From positions 16,058,001 through 16,122,000 of the forward strand of contig NC_043025.1 in NCBI RefSeq assembly GCF_006345805.1: 64,000 nt of DNA, written 5' to 3'. The notes below the pieces were generated by a model that was not told the DNA's origin, did no database searches, and saw only the letters and a list, made by a program, of their open reading frames with translations. The stretch comes from Octopus sinensis. Its lineage: Eukaryota. A program made the translations under genes and the position numbers. Of the stretch, positions 49,450 to 61,949 are shown in pieces. How positions within the stretch are numbered: the stretch's first letter is position 1; every line of letters begins with the position of its first letter.

Positions 49450-49621
49450 CTTTATTTTAAGCAGCAGAAAATTCAACAAAATCTGTTACTCTGAGTTTCT
49501 CGTTGCCGAGTCTAGATTGAATTGATATATCGGTTCCATTCTAGCAAAAACTGTCTGATGAATGGCAACGAGAAACTCAGAGTAACAGATTTTGTTGAAT
49601 TTTCTGCTGCTTTAAATAAAG
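49450..49621. repeat. 58-bp-arm palindrome containing a hammerhead-like motif (49551-49588, +)
   Basis: CTGT-CTGATGA-ATGGCAACGA-GAAA-CTCAGAG-TA-ACAG; the left flank 49378-49450 has an inverted relative at ~5560-5645. Confidence 0.75.
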
Positions 49622-49627
49622 TATATA

Positions 49628-49669
<42 letters not shown>

Positions 49670-50401
49670 TATATACACACATGCACACACACATGGCTGT
49701 GTGTGTGTGTGCACAACCTGTTATCTGTGAGATTATAGCTGGATAAATATTTCGGCATCCATCTCCTCCTCTATTCTTTGTGCTGTCAAGTCAAACGCCA
49801 GAGTTGGTGGAAAGGTTAAAGTGCAGACTACAAGCGACATCATTTAAAAAGAAACCTAGAAAATGTTATTTCTATTTTTGTGCTTCATTAGAGAAAGCTT
49901 TCAAAAACGCCAGTTTCTTGTTTCTTCGGGATTTCCACAAAGAAAATTTGTATTTTTTGCCAAAATCCCGAAGAAATGAGTTTGCAAGTCTCTTGAGACA
50001 TTTCTATATTGAAACATAAAAATATTTCTGACGTTTTTCACCATTCCTTATTTGATATATCATATATATATATATATGTGTGTATGACTGTCTGTATATA
50101 TATATATATGTGTATACATATGTGTGTATATATGTATATATATGTATATATATATATATGTATATATATGTGTATATGTATATATATGTGTGTGTATATA
50201 ATATATATATATATATATACATATATGGTTTTAGAGTCAAGTAAGTTTTGGCTGCTATTTCCAGCGTGGAGGTATCTCTTAGATACCCTAAATTATAATT
50301 TTAATAATAATGATTACCTTTGAAGGTTTTTATTCCCCCATGCTGGCCACCTGATAAGATCAGTATTTAAATAACAATCTTATCCCTATTTTTATAGAAA
50401 T

Positions 50402-51097
50402 ATGCATATATATATATATATATTGTATGTATGTATATATATATATATATATAATGTATATATATATATATATGTATGTATGTATATATATATGTATGTA
50501 TGTATATATATATGTATGTATGTATATATATATATATGTATGTATGTATATATATATATATGTATGTATGTATGTATATATATACATATATATATGTGTG
50601 TATATGTATGTATGTATATATATACATATATATATGTGTGTATATGTATGTATGTATATATATACATATATATGTGTGTATATGTATGTATGTATATATA
50701 TACATATATATATGTGTGTATATGTATGTATATATATACATATATATGTGTGTATATGTATGTATGTATATATATACATATATATATGTGTGTATATGTA
50801 TGTATGTATATATATACATATATATATGTGTGTATATGTATGTATGTATATATATATACATATATATATGTGTGTATATGTATGTATGTATATATATACA
50901 TATATATATGTGTGTATATGTATGTATGTATATATATACATATATATATGTGTGTATATGTATGTATGTATATATATACATATATATATGTATGTATGTA
51001 TATATATATATGTATGTATGTATATATATATATATATGTATGTATATGTATGTAATATATATATATATGTATGTATATTTATGTATGTATATGTATG

Positions 51098-51136
<39 letters not shown>

Positions 51137-51212
51137 ATTTATGTATGTATATGTATGTATGTATATGTATGTATATATATATGTATGTGTGTATATATGT
51201 ATGTGTGTATAT

Positions 51213-51246
<34 letters not shown>

Positions 51247-51310
51247 GTATGTATATATGTATATATATATATGTATATGTATATACATATGTATATATAT
51301 GTAATGTTGA
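50402..51310. repeat. ~900-bp (TA/TG/CA) compound microsatellite with ~36-40-bp higher-order periodicity
   Basis: Recurrent TATATATACATATATATGTGTGTATATGTATGTATG; similar smaller tracts at ~35790-36000, 41845-42030, 44180-44560 and 52990-53200. Confidence 0.95.
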
Positions 51311-52420
51311 TGTAGAATTTCTATACCGTCCAAGATTTACACCGATTCTGAATGAAATGGTTCTGTTGGTATGTCTGTTAGTCGTGTCAAAGTGTAAATA
51401 AAAATATGGGGGTGTGTAATAATCTCAAATGAACCCATCCTTGTTGATGGGTTAATGATGTTCTCATCGGGTAGCAGGTTAACATAACACCTTTAATTAA
51501 TCATCCATTGTTATGAATGTGAAAAATGAAAAAAGAACAAATGAATTGAATACTTTGTTTTAACATAAAACAAAGTCCATGTTTTTTGTGGGTTAATATT
51601 TTGAGAAAATTAACCTCTGTTGACAATGTAAAAAATAACTTGTTTCCAATGTGTTAAAAACTTTTGATGGAAGATTGTAAAATATCCTTGTTTCAGTGGG
51701 TTAACACTGTTATAGAGTTAGCCTTTGAAAATTTTAAACTCCTTGATATCAAAGAATTGAGACGCCTTCAAGAACCAACTATTTATATAAATATATTATT
51801 GGAGGTATGAAACCTTTAGGCAATGAAGAAAACCTTTTGGAATGTAACAATGTGTTCTTAGGTATCCCCATAAAAATATTGGACCCGTTTCAACCCTTTG
51901 CCTGTCCAAAGCATTTTCATTAATTATACATGTGTCCTTGTTTTCAGAGTTTTCCTTGGCCCTTGTTTCATATGTTCTAAGTAAAGTAAAGCTTTCCTCT
52001 CATAAGTCCCAAGTTATTCTGATTGTCAGGAAAAATTGGGGATTTGTATCATATATGATGCATGGATGTCACGGAGAAATGTCCTGGATATCCCATGTGG
52101 AACCCAGGACAAGTAAAGGGTAAATGGGTTCACTGTCTCTATAGGTAAACAATGCTTTTTTATGTTAACCTTTGACAGTGATAACTTATGTGATGGGTCA
52201 ACTCACATCCATACACTGTACATGTGTATGTATGTGTGCATATATATATATATATATATTTATATATAAAATATGTACTGTTCGGTGATAGTTTTGGTCG
52301 GGGTTGATAAATTAAGTACCAGTTATGCACTGGGGTTGATGTAATCGACTTGATCCGTTTGTCTGTCCTTGTTTGTCCCCTCAGTGTTTAGCCCCTTGTG
52401 GGTAGTAAAGAAATCTATTT

Positions 52421-52622
52421 AAGGGTCACAATACATGTATTAAAGTGTTACCACTAGTTTAATATGTGAAGAAAGCCCAAACGTGTTCTTCAGGTGTCTT
52501 CTTTTTGCTGACTTCTCTGTTTCTTTCGTTATGAAATGTGGTTTGTGCCTGAAGAATACGTTTGGGTCCTTTCAACGTATGAAACTATTAGCAGAACTTA
52601 AATACATGTATTGTGACCTTCA
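52421..52622. repeat. Old imperfect palindrome with a degenerate hammerhead motif (52545-52597, +)
   Basis: GTGC-CTGAAGA-ATACGTT-11 nt-AACGTAT-GAAA-CTATTAG-CA-GAAC; outer arms GGTCACAATACATGTATT / AATACATGTATTGTGACC. Confidence 0.6.
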
Positions 52623-53150
52623 AATAAATAATTATATATAGAGAGAGGGGAGGACAAATGACAGGAAATTAAAGGGAAGAAAGGTGTTACGAGTCTGTGT
52701 AAATGTGTGTGTGTATACAGATACATACACAGGGTGAGCCAAAAGTTATCCATAAGACAAGTCCAATATGCTGTGGAATTGTCAAAGAGATTCTTCAACT
52801 TCCCTAAGTTGAATTAAAAAAAGGAATGGGGGAGAGACAAATACTTGTACTTGACGAACAAAATGAATAATAATAATAATAATAATAATGATATAAATAA
52901 AATGTCAAGCGTTTTGGTGCATGACTTTTGGACCACCCAGAATATATATTTGTGTGTGTGTGAATATGCATGTATAAATGTATGTGTGAATATGCATGTA
53001 TAAATGTATGTGTGTATATTTACACACACATATATATATATACATATGTGTGTATATGCGTATATATATATATATATATGCATACATATATATGCGTATA
53101 TATACACACACATATATATACATATGTGTATATATGCGTATATATATATG

Positions 53151-53189
<39 letters not shown>

Positions 53190-56100
53190 ATATATATCAA
53201 TTGTATATAATTGTGGCAATTGGTTTGCTCATTCTCTTTCATAAACCAAAATATTTTCTTTTCAAGACATCATTGCACCAATTTTTTTCATATTGGAATC
53301 ATTTTATTTCTCCTCTTTTTGTATAGTTTTTTTTTTCTTAATATTATATATTTTAATTATTTTTTTGTCTTTTAATTAAAACCTAAGAAAAATGTGGAAA
53401 CAAAAAGAAACAGGTTTTGTAAATACATACACACACACACACACACACACATGTATATATGTATTTGTTAATGTCATAAGAATTCCAAAACTTTGAGTGA
53501 CATGAAAATAAATTGTCTTTAACGGTGGAACTTGAAGTGAATAAAGCTATAAATATCAGCATGTAAATATAGGGTCTAAAAAAACACCTTGAATGGAAAA
53601 TATTGATGGCTGCCCAAATATCTGTCTGGTTTACAGATCTGGGTTTGTGTCCCACAGAAAGCTTTTGAGATTTTTCTTCCAAGGGTTTTTTTTTTTCTGT
53701 CAACCCAATATTTATAAGCATCTGGTGCACTTGGGGCAAATACCTATGGTTTGGTCAGATGGGGGTCATTCAAAGATTGATCTACTCAAGGACTTGCTAT
53801 TCTTCTGTATGTTCTCTGGACTCAAAGAACTGCCTTCGTCATTATATCTCGTTATTAATAACTTCTGAGGTAAACGTGTGTTATGGAATTATTTTCAGTT
53901 GCTAATTTCCCGTCCATGTCCCTAAGTCTTAAAAGACAATTGCTGGCCGGTCAAGCTGACAGCTTTCCTTGACCAAGATTAAAGAACAAAATTCATTTCA
54001 ATGGCTTTCAACCATTTTCTTTCATATGGAGTCCTTTGATTTCTATTTTACTTAGATAGACCCTAATAAACATTCGATATTTTCGTAATTAAATATTATT
54101 GGGAAATGTATAAAACAAAAACAAATCATTAAAATATATTTGTGTATCGGAGAAGTAATAAATAATTTATTGGAGAACAACGAAATCTTAATATAGACGT
54201 TGGGACCCTGATTGAGAACTCCTAGTGTAAAAGGGGTTCTGGGAAGTGGCAAGAAATCCTGAGACAAAGTATTCCAACTACCATCCTGCTTTCCAATGAT
54301 AGAGGTATTTCTGCCCTTTGCAGGGCTTCAGAATTTCACCACGACCCTGGCAGGGTGGCTAATGGATGCTGGTCCTTGCCAAAGGGCAATGCATGATTTT
54401 TGTCTGGGACTGCTTAGTGAGTATTGGCAGCTGACCCATGAGTATCTGCAGGCCCGTTGCTTATTTGCAAACTGAGGACCCAATAGATGGGAGTTTTTAT
54501 CACCTCATCACCACACCATCTGATCAACTCATTAGAGAGACTGGATCAGTGGCACATGATGGTTGTTGTCATTGGGTGTGCTGCCACACCCCAACGCCAC
54601 AAAATTTCAAGCAGAGGTATAACCCAAATTTTCCATTAAGATTTGTGATTAAATTCATGAGTAAGGTTTATATTTATAACGAATCTGCCATTATCAGTGT
54701 GTGGGCAGCTTGCAGCTAGCACACCCAGAATATATGCCCCTGCACGGGTTGCCTCCCTGAAGACCTCCCCCAACTAATACACGACCGAGATGGACAGGGT
54801 TTGTGGATTAAGAATGGCTGAGCAAGCTTGGCCCGGCACAGATTCATAATGTTTGTCTCGGGCAGTGAATTGGCAGAAACCGTTTGCATGCTGACGAAAG
54901 GGTCAGCTGTGTTTACGTTCTGAGCTTGAATTCTGCCACGGTCAACTCTGCCCCTTTTGGGGGTCAATAGAATAAATACCAATCAAGTAGTGGGGGTTGA
55001 TGTAATCAAATTATTCTTCATCTCAAAAACTGCTGGTTTTACACCAAAATTTGAATTTATTATTAATGGTTTTATCTGCTCTCAGTTCCACCATTAGAAA
55101 TGATGTATAATAGGTGATACATATATATATGTATGTATGTATATGTGATATATATATTATATATGCAATATGAGTATAGATATATTTGGAAGGAAAAAGG
55201 GAGCAGGTACAAAAATTAAAATTAAGAATCTGTATGTTGTTTTATGAAGTAAGGGGTCTGTTATAATTGTTTTATATAAAATAATGGATTTACAATTGTT
55301 TTATATGCATAAATGTAACAAAAAAAAGGGATACAATTTTTTTTTGTGGGTAAAAAATAAAATATTTTTTTAAACATCTTTCATTGTTTTTGTTTTTTAT
55401 TTGCTATGTTATGGTGTGTGTGTGTGTGTAGGGTTGTTAGTGCGCACACATACACACGCATACACGCAAATACAGGTGCAAACACATACATGGATAAGGA
55501 TACACACCACAGATGGACAGAATGAACCAAACCTCTCGTTTCAGTCATTAGACTGTGGCCATGCTGGGGCAATGCCTATAATTTTTATTTTTCGTCGCTA
55601 AGTTGGAAATAAACAGACCAACATAGGTTGGGGAAAAACATAGCCACTAAGAGACACATATAAATAAACAATGGGATTCTTTCAATTTCCATTTACCAAA
55701 TCCACTGACAAGGCTTTGGTTCACCCAAGGCTATAGAAGAAAGCACTTGCCTAAGATGCCATGCAGTGGGACTGAACCCAGAACCACGTGCTTACTCTTG
55801 TAGAGTACAAATTTATTATTCTTAAATAATATACAATGCATACATCTATTTTTTTGTTGTTGGTGTCTTTTTAGGAAAATGGATTTGCTTGGGGGTGAGG
55901 TTTCCCCGTCCCCTCACTCTCACCCCTTTTAATCACCTCTTACACCATGCAGGAAATATGGCAACTGCAGTCTACTGACCCCCTCCCTCCCAGTCAAAGT
56001 GGGGTTTGCTAGTTAACCCATAACTGGGACCCTTACAGAGTAGACCTGGGAACAATAGTGGCTAAGAGGTAGTTCTATACTCTTGAAACTAGGACTCCAG

Positions 56101-57342
56101 GGTCCCACTCCTGGATGAAGCAGGCCAGGCGAAATGTTTAACAGTATTTCGTCTGTTTTTACATTCTGAGTTCAAATTGCGCCGAGGTCGACTTTGCCTT
56201 TCATCCTTTTGGGAGTCAATAAATTAAGTACCAGTTGCATACTGGGGTTGATCTAATCAACTGGCCCCCTCCCCCAAAATTTCAGGCCTTGTGTCTAGAG
56301 TAGAAAAGAGAAAGAAACTGGGCCGTGTCTTGCCATAAATCTCACGCAAAATGTTTTCTTGGATCCTTAAACTGCTGGGGATTCGTAATTTGTTATTTTG
56401 CTTGTGTATCCCCCCCCCCCCCCAATCTTATATGGAGCCTCAGGGATTATATGGACCTCAATTAAGAACCACTGATGTACATCATCCACAAATCTCTGGA
56501 AAGTTTCATTACAAAATATTCTCATTTCTCATTTACTTGTTTCAGTCATTTGACTGCGGCCATGCTGGAGCACCGCCTTTAGTCGAGCAAATCGACCCCC
56601 GGGACTTATTCTTTGTAAGCCCAGTACTTATTCTATCGGTCTCTTTTGCCGAACCGCTAAGTGACAGGGACGTAAACACACCAGCATCGGTTGTCAAGCA
56701 ATGCTAGGGGGACAAACACAGACACACAAACACACACACATATACATATATATACATATATACGACAGACTTATTTCAGTTTCCGTCTACGAAATCCACT
56801 CACAAGGCATTGGTCGGCCCAGGGCTATAGCAGAAGACACTTGCCCCAGATGCCATGCAGTGGGACTGAACCCGGAACCATGTGGTTGGTTGGCAAGCTA
56901 GTTACCACACAGCTACTCCTGCGCCTAAATATGCAAGTTATGAGGAAACAAAGTCAAAAAGAAGTGACTCCCATCTTGTAGTTATGCTGTGAGACACCAA
57001 TTGTATGTAGGGTAAAGAAAACCTGATGAAGTTCACTGTTATTCTTCTCAACCAAATCCAGTTGGAATTCTTAGCTGCTTCTGTCAATGTCTTTAGGGAT
57101 CTTCTGTCAATGTCTTTAGGGATCTGGAATTCATCTTCCCAGAAATTATCATTTATTATTTCAGAAAAAAACAAAAAACCCATGGTTAAGAAGTTCATTT
57201 TGGAACCATGTAGATTCAGGTTCAGTCCCACTGCATGGCACCTTAGGCAAGTATCTTCTACTATAGTTCTGGACCAACCCAATGCCTAGTGAGTGGATTT
57301 GGTAGATAGAAACTGAGCATGTGTGCATATATACAGGATGTG

Positions 57343-57667
57343 TGAGGGCGCGTGGCTTAGTGGTTAGGGCATTCGGCTCATGATCGTAAGGTTGTGAGTT
57401 CGATTCCCGGCGACGCGTTGTGTCTTTGAGCAAGACACTTTATTTCACGTTGCTCCAGTTCACTCAGCTGGCAAAAATGAGTTGTACTTGTATTTCAAAG
57501 GGTCAGCCTTGTCACTCTCTGTGTCACGCTGATTATCCCCGAGAACTACGTTAAGGGTACACGTGTCTGTGGAATGCTCAGCCATTTGCACGTTAATTTC
57601 ACGAGCAAGCTGTTCCGTTGATTCGGATCAGCTGGGACCCTCGTCGTCGTAACCGGCGGAGTCTTTA
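57343..57667 (+). mobile_element. Full-length tRNA-derived SINE family D with 14-bp TSD
   Basis: A box TGGCTTAGTGG, B box GTTCGATTCCC; ATATACAGGATGTG at 57329-57342 and 57668-57681. Relatives at ~9355-9775 (-), 14580 (+) and 22845 (+). Confidence 0.88.
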
Positions 57668-58170
57668 ATATACAGGATGTGGTGGTGAATAAACTGTCGT
57701 CTAAATTACATAAAAATGAAAATAACACTGACATCTCATTTTAACAGATACATTTACCAAAATTACATAAAAATATCTTGAAATACAAAAGAGTAAATTT
57801 ATTCAATAAAATTGCCGTTGGCTTCAACCATGGCTTCCAGACGACTTTGGAATCTCCTGCAACTCTTCTGGACAGTCTCCTTGTTTTAAGTTGGTGAATG
57901 CTGCCATAATCCTTGCCTTCAGTTCATCTTTGGTGTTACAAGGAGTTTTGTTAGTCTCCTGCTAAACTGCCCCCTACATATAATAATCAAGGGGTTGCAG
58001 TCTGGGGAGTTAGGTGGCCAGATGTTAGGGGTGATGTGGTCGCAGAAATTGCCTGACAGCCATGACTGGGTTCTCCTGCTTGTGTGGCATGGTACAGACA
58101 TAGGGTCTTCCAGCTGCCACTCTCTTTACCCAGAGCAGCATAACCCACCCCCAGGCACTTTATGTAGGCC
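57668..58170 (-). mobile_element. Tc1/mariner-superfamily transposase 3' remnant
   Basis: PCHTSRRTQSWLSGNFCDHITPNIWPPNSPDCNPL (WPPxSPDxNP motif); C-terminus RRFQSRLEAMVEANGNF. Confidence 0.8.
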
Positions 58171-58876
58171 TCCATGTTGAGTCTGACAATTTCAACACCT
58201 TATTCATAATAATATTGTTTAATTCGTTGGCTTCGACAGAAAGACAAGATACTACACCTGGAAGGTAAAAACGAGTCATGGGAAGAGAAAAAACGTATAA
58301 GACAAAAAAAAAAAAAGCAAGGACCGTAACAGGTGTGTGTGTGTGTGTGTAGGGGGTTCACGCCTAACGTTTGACAACTGGTGTTGGTTAGTTTTACACA
58401 CAACTTTGCAGTTCGGCGATAGAGATCGATAAAATTAGTACCAAATTTAAAAAGAAAAATGTACTGGGGTCGATTTGTTGGACTTAAAATCCTACATCAA
58501 GGCGGTGCTCCAGTATGACCGTAGTCCAATGACTAAAATATTTTGGGATTAATACTCAGCAAGGGAGATAACCTCTGCTTTGACTGCTGCTAAGGAAGGG
58601 GAGAAAACCGCTGCTAGCTTTAAGCTTGAAGCATTTTGGGGAATTTATAATTTTGTTAAACAGGAACAGATGTCTTTCCATATAAAGTTTTTTTTATTCA
58701 TTTCCCTGAGATGAAATTGTTTCTGACTTATTTGTTCACCTTCCGTAGGATGTTTTATAGGAATATTAAATCTACCCCAGTATTTCACTGCTGCTTTATC
58801 CACCCCACAACAATGAAAGGTAAAGTTAGTGTTAGTCTTCTATCATAATTCCATTGACATCTGAGATGATTTAGAG

Positions 58877-59185
58877 CAGGGCTGGCTAACCTGTGGCCCA
58901 CGGGCCGTATGTGGCCCGCAGACTTTTATCTTGCAGCCTGCTTGTACTTTCTTGAATAAATATTTTAAATTTTTATCAAATATTAAATATGAAAAGTAAA
59001 AGAGAAAGAAAGATAGGGTTTTTGCAATGACAATATCTCCTGTTGAACCAACGATCATTCATTCATTATTGTAATAATAGCAGGAGAAAGCAAAATGCCT
59101 TCAATTCTGTCAGTTTTCAGGCATCCCTCAAAAATATTTCTGTGATTAAAGTGGTCCGCAATGGAATTCGAGTTGGCCAGGCCCG
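58877..59185. mobile_element. hAT (Charlie-like) MITE
   Basis: TIRs CAGGGCTGGCTAAC / GTTGGCCAGGCCCG; imperfect 8-bp TSD ATTTAGAG / TTTTAGAA. Confidence 0.7.
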
Positions 59186-59981
59186 TTTTAGAAGAATATC
59201 ATTACATCTATGCTGAAGCATGGAATAAACTGCCTGCGTCAGTTGTTGACTGCCATGACACTGCATCCTTTAAGGCCCTCATGCTTTCCGAAATCCGCCG
59301 AAACTACACCTGATTATACATACACTTTAGATGAGTTGTAGTGCACCTGAGCACTGTACACAATGTTTATTATTATTATTATTATTATTATTATCTACCT
59401 CAGTATTTCACTGCTACTTTATTTTATCCACCCCACAGTAATGAAAGGGTTAGGGTTTGTCTTCTATTATAATTCCATTTATATCTAGAATGTTTCAGAG
59501 GAATATTAAATCTACCCCAGTATTTCACTGGTATTTTATCAACCCCAGAACAATGAAAAGTAAAGTAGGAGCTAGTTAGGGTTCACAAGTAAGCCACCAC
59601 AGTCTCCCTTTATGTTGCAAAAATGTAATTCTTTTTCCTCACATAAATTGCTCTTCATATCTGAGGTTCCAGTGGAACTACAGGATGCTATTTAGGCTCT
59701 GAATTAAGAGTCCATCGTACCTTATAGCAGAAACAGCTGTAAGCCAATGAAGTTCATTACATAATCCCTGTGTCATCTCTTTTATATATTCTTTTATTTT
59801 TCACTTGTTTTAGTCATTTGACTGTGGCCATGCTTGAGCACTACCTTAAAGGGTGTTAGTCAAAGAAATTGACTCCAAGACTTATTCTATTGGTCACTTT
59901 TGCCAAACCGCTATGTTATGGGGACATAAACACACTAGCATCAGTTGTCACATGATGGCGGGGGGGGGGATACAAATACAA

Positions 59982-60032
<51 letters not shown>

Positions 60033-60984
60033 ACAGACTTCTTCCTGTTTTCCATCTACCAAATCCACTCACAAGGCTTTAAGGTGCCATGCAGAGGGAC
60101 TGAACCCGGAACCACGTTGTTGGGAAGCAAGCTTACCATACAGTCACACGTGCACACATATACAGATATGTATGTGCACTCACATCATCATCATCATCAT
60201 CATCATCATCGTTTAACGTCCGTTCTCCATGCTAGCATGGGTTGGACGGTTCGACCGGGGATCTGGGAAGCCAGAAGGCTGCACCAGGCTCCAGTCTTAT
60301 CTGGCAATGTTTCTACAGCTGGATGCCCTTCCTAACGCCAACCACTCCGAGAGTGTAGTGGGTGCTACATATATATATAATATATATATATATATCATCA
60401 TCATCATCATCATCATCGTTTAACGTCCGTTCTCCATGCTAGCATGGGTTGGACGGTTCGACCGGGGATCTGGGAAGCCAGAAGGCTGCACCAGGCTCCA
60501 GTCTTATCTGGCAATGTTTCTACAGCTGGATGCCCTTCCTAACGCCAACCACTCCGAGAGTGTAGTGGGTGCTTTTTACATGCCACCGGCACAGGTGCCA
60601 GGTGAGGCTGGCATCGGCCACGGTCAGATTGGTGCATTATACGTGCCACCTGCACGGAAGCCAGTCGAGGCGGCGCTGGCTTCGATCAATATGATGGGGA
60701 GGAAGAAAACAGTGGAAAAGAAAAAGAAATAAATGAAAGAGAAGCAGAAAATTAGGGAGAGAAAGGTAAAATCGTTAAGGATGGAGAGTGTCACATGATT
60801 GTGTTTGGAAGTATCCCAGGACATCAGAGATACTCTGTTCAGCTGACGCAATGAACACAGAAACACACATAAAATTATATGTATATCTACATAAGCACAA
60901 AGCAGGCATACAAATATACACACATATATACGCAAATACATGTGTATATACACAAGTATATACACACACACACATATATATATG

Positions 60985-61029
<45 letters not shown>

Positions 61030-61032
<3 letters not shown>

Positions 61033-61335
61033 CCATCCGAACGTGGCCGTTGCCAGCCCCGCCTTAGCTGGCTTCCGTGCTGGTGGCACGTTAAAAGCTC
61101 CAACCGATCGTGGCCAGTGCCGGACCCCTCTGGCACCTGTGCAGGTGACACGTAAAAAGCACCCACTACACTTGCGGAGTGGTTGGCGTTAGGAAGGGCA
61201 TCCAGCTGTAGAAACTCTGCCAGATCAGACTGGAGCCTGGTGCAACCCCTGGCTTCCCAGACCCCGGTCAAACCGTCCAACCCGTGTTAGCACGGAAAAC
61301 GGACGTTAAACGATGATGATGATGATGATGATGAT
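61030..61335 (+). mobile_element. SINE family C with (GAT)n tail (representative copy; GGAAGGGCATCCAGC block)
   Basis: Ends AACCCATGCTAGCATGGAAAxCGGACGTTAAACGATGATGAT. Other copies: ~1325-, 3995-, 7560+, 13060-, 15580-, 21030+, 47915-, 60183-, 60400-. Confidence 0.8.
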
Positions 61336-61949
61336 ATATATATACATTAATATATGTATGCATATACATATATATACATACATTATACGGGTACGCAGAA
61401 ATTCCGGGATGGTGTCCAGCGTGCTCAAAGGCCACTGAGAGTGAGGCGCCCCTCAGCTTTTGTTAAAGCCGTCTCTAGGAGAAGGTTACTCTGATATAAA
61501 ACCAGATATGCAGGGAATGGCATTGGACATTTTGGGGATCTTTGGTTTGTGCTAGAGATCATGGCACACCCACATCCCTGAGCCTGCAACTCATATTGCC
61601 ACCCGACATCTTGCTCCGGCTTGTCTCTGGATAATGCCAATAAAGTGGAGAGGGTCTGTGAGGTGTTGTGCAAGGCTTATTGGTCCTAAAACTCTGCACA
61701 GGCATTGCCGACCTCTGCTCGATATGTGCATTTTTTTTTAAGTAAATATTTATCTTATTTTTAGTATATATTTTCTTCATTTTTAGTATATATTTTAATT
61801 TTTTTTTATTCGGAAGTCCTGCGGCGATGGGAAGGTGGTGAAACATGCAGACCTGACGGGTTGGAAGCATGTAGTCAGCGACCTGCACGTAGGCGGCCCA
61901 TGCTACATATAAAGTTGTCTCTTTGTCGTCCAAAACAGCAGTAGGATTT

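Noticed and set aside
50360-51401. Tyr/Ile/Val/Cys-rich ORFs of 200-324 aa (also at 35.8k, 37.0k, 41.8k, 44.2k, 53.0k)
   Set aside because: They are translations of (TA)n, (TG)n and (ATT)n microsatellites
53380-54330. Possible L1/Tx1 RT remnant on the minus strand (also related fragments at ~23900 and ~51960)
   Set aside because: Only faint motif resemblance; too degraded to call without a profile search
57343-57420. Functional tRNA gene
   Set aside because: It has A and B boxes but no complete acceptor stem, and it continues into a SINE body with a TSD
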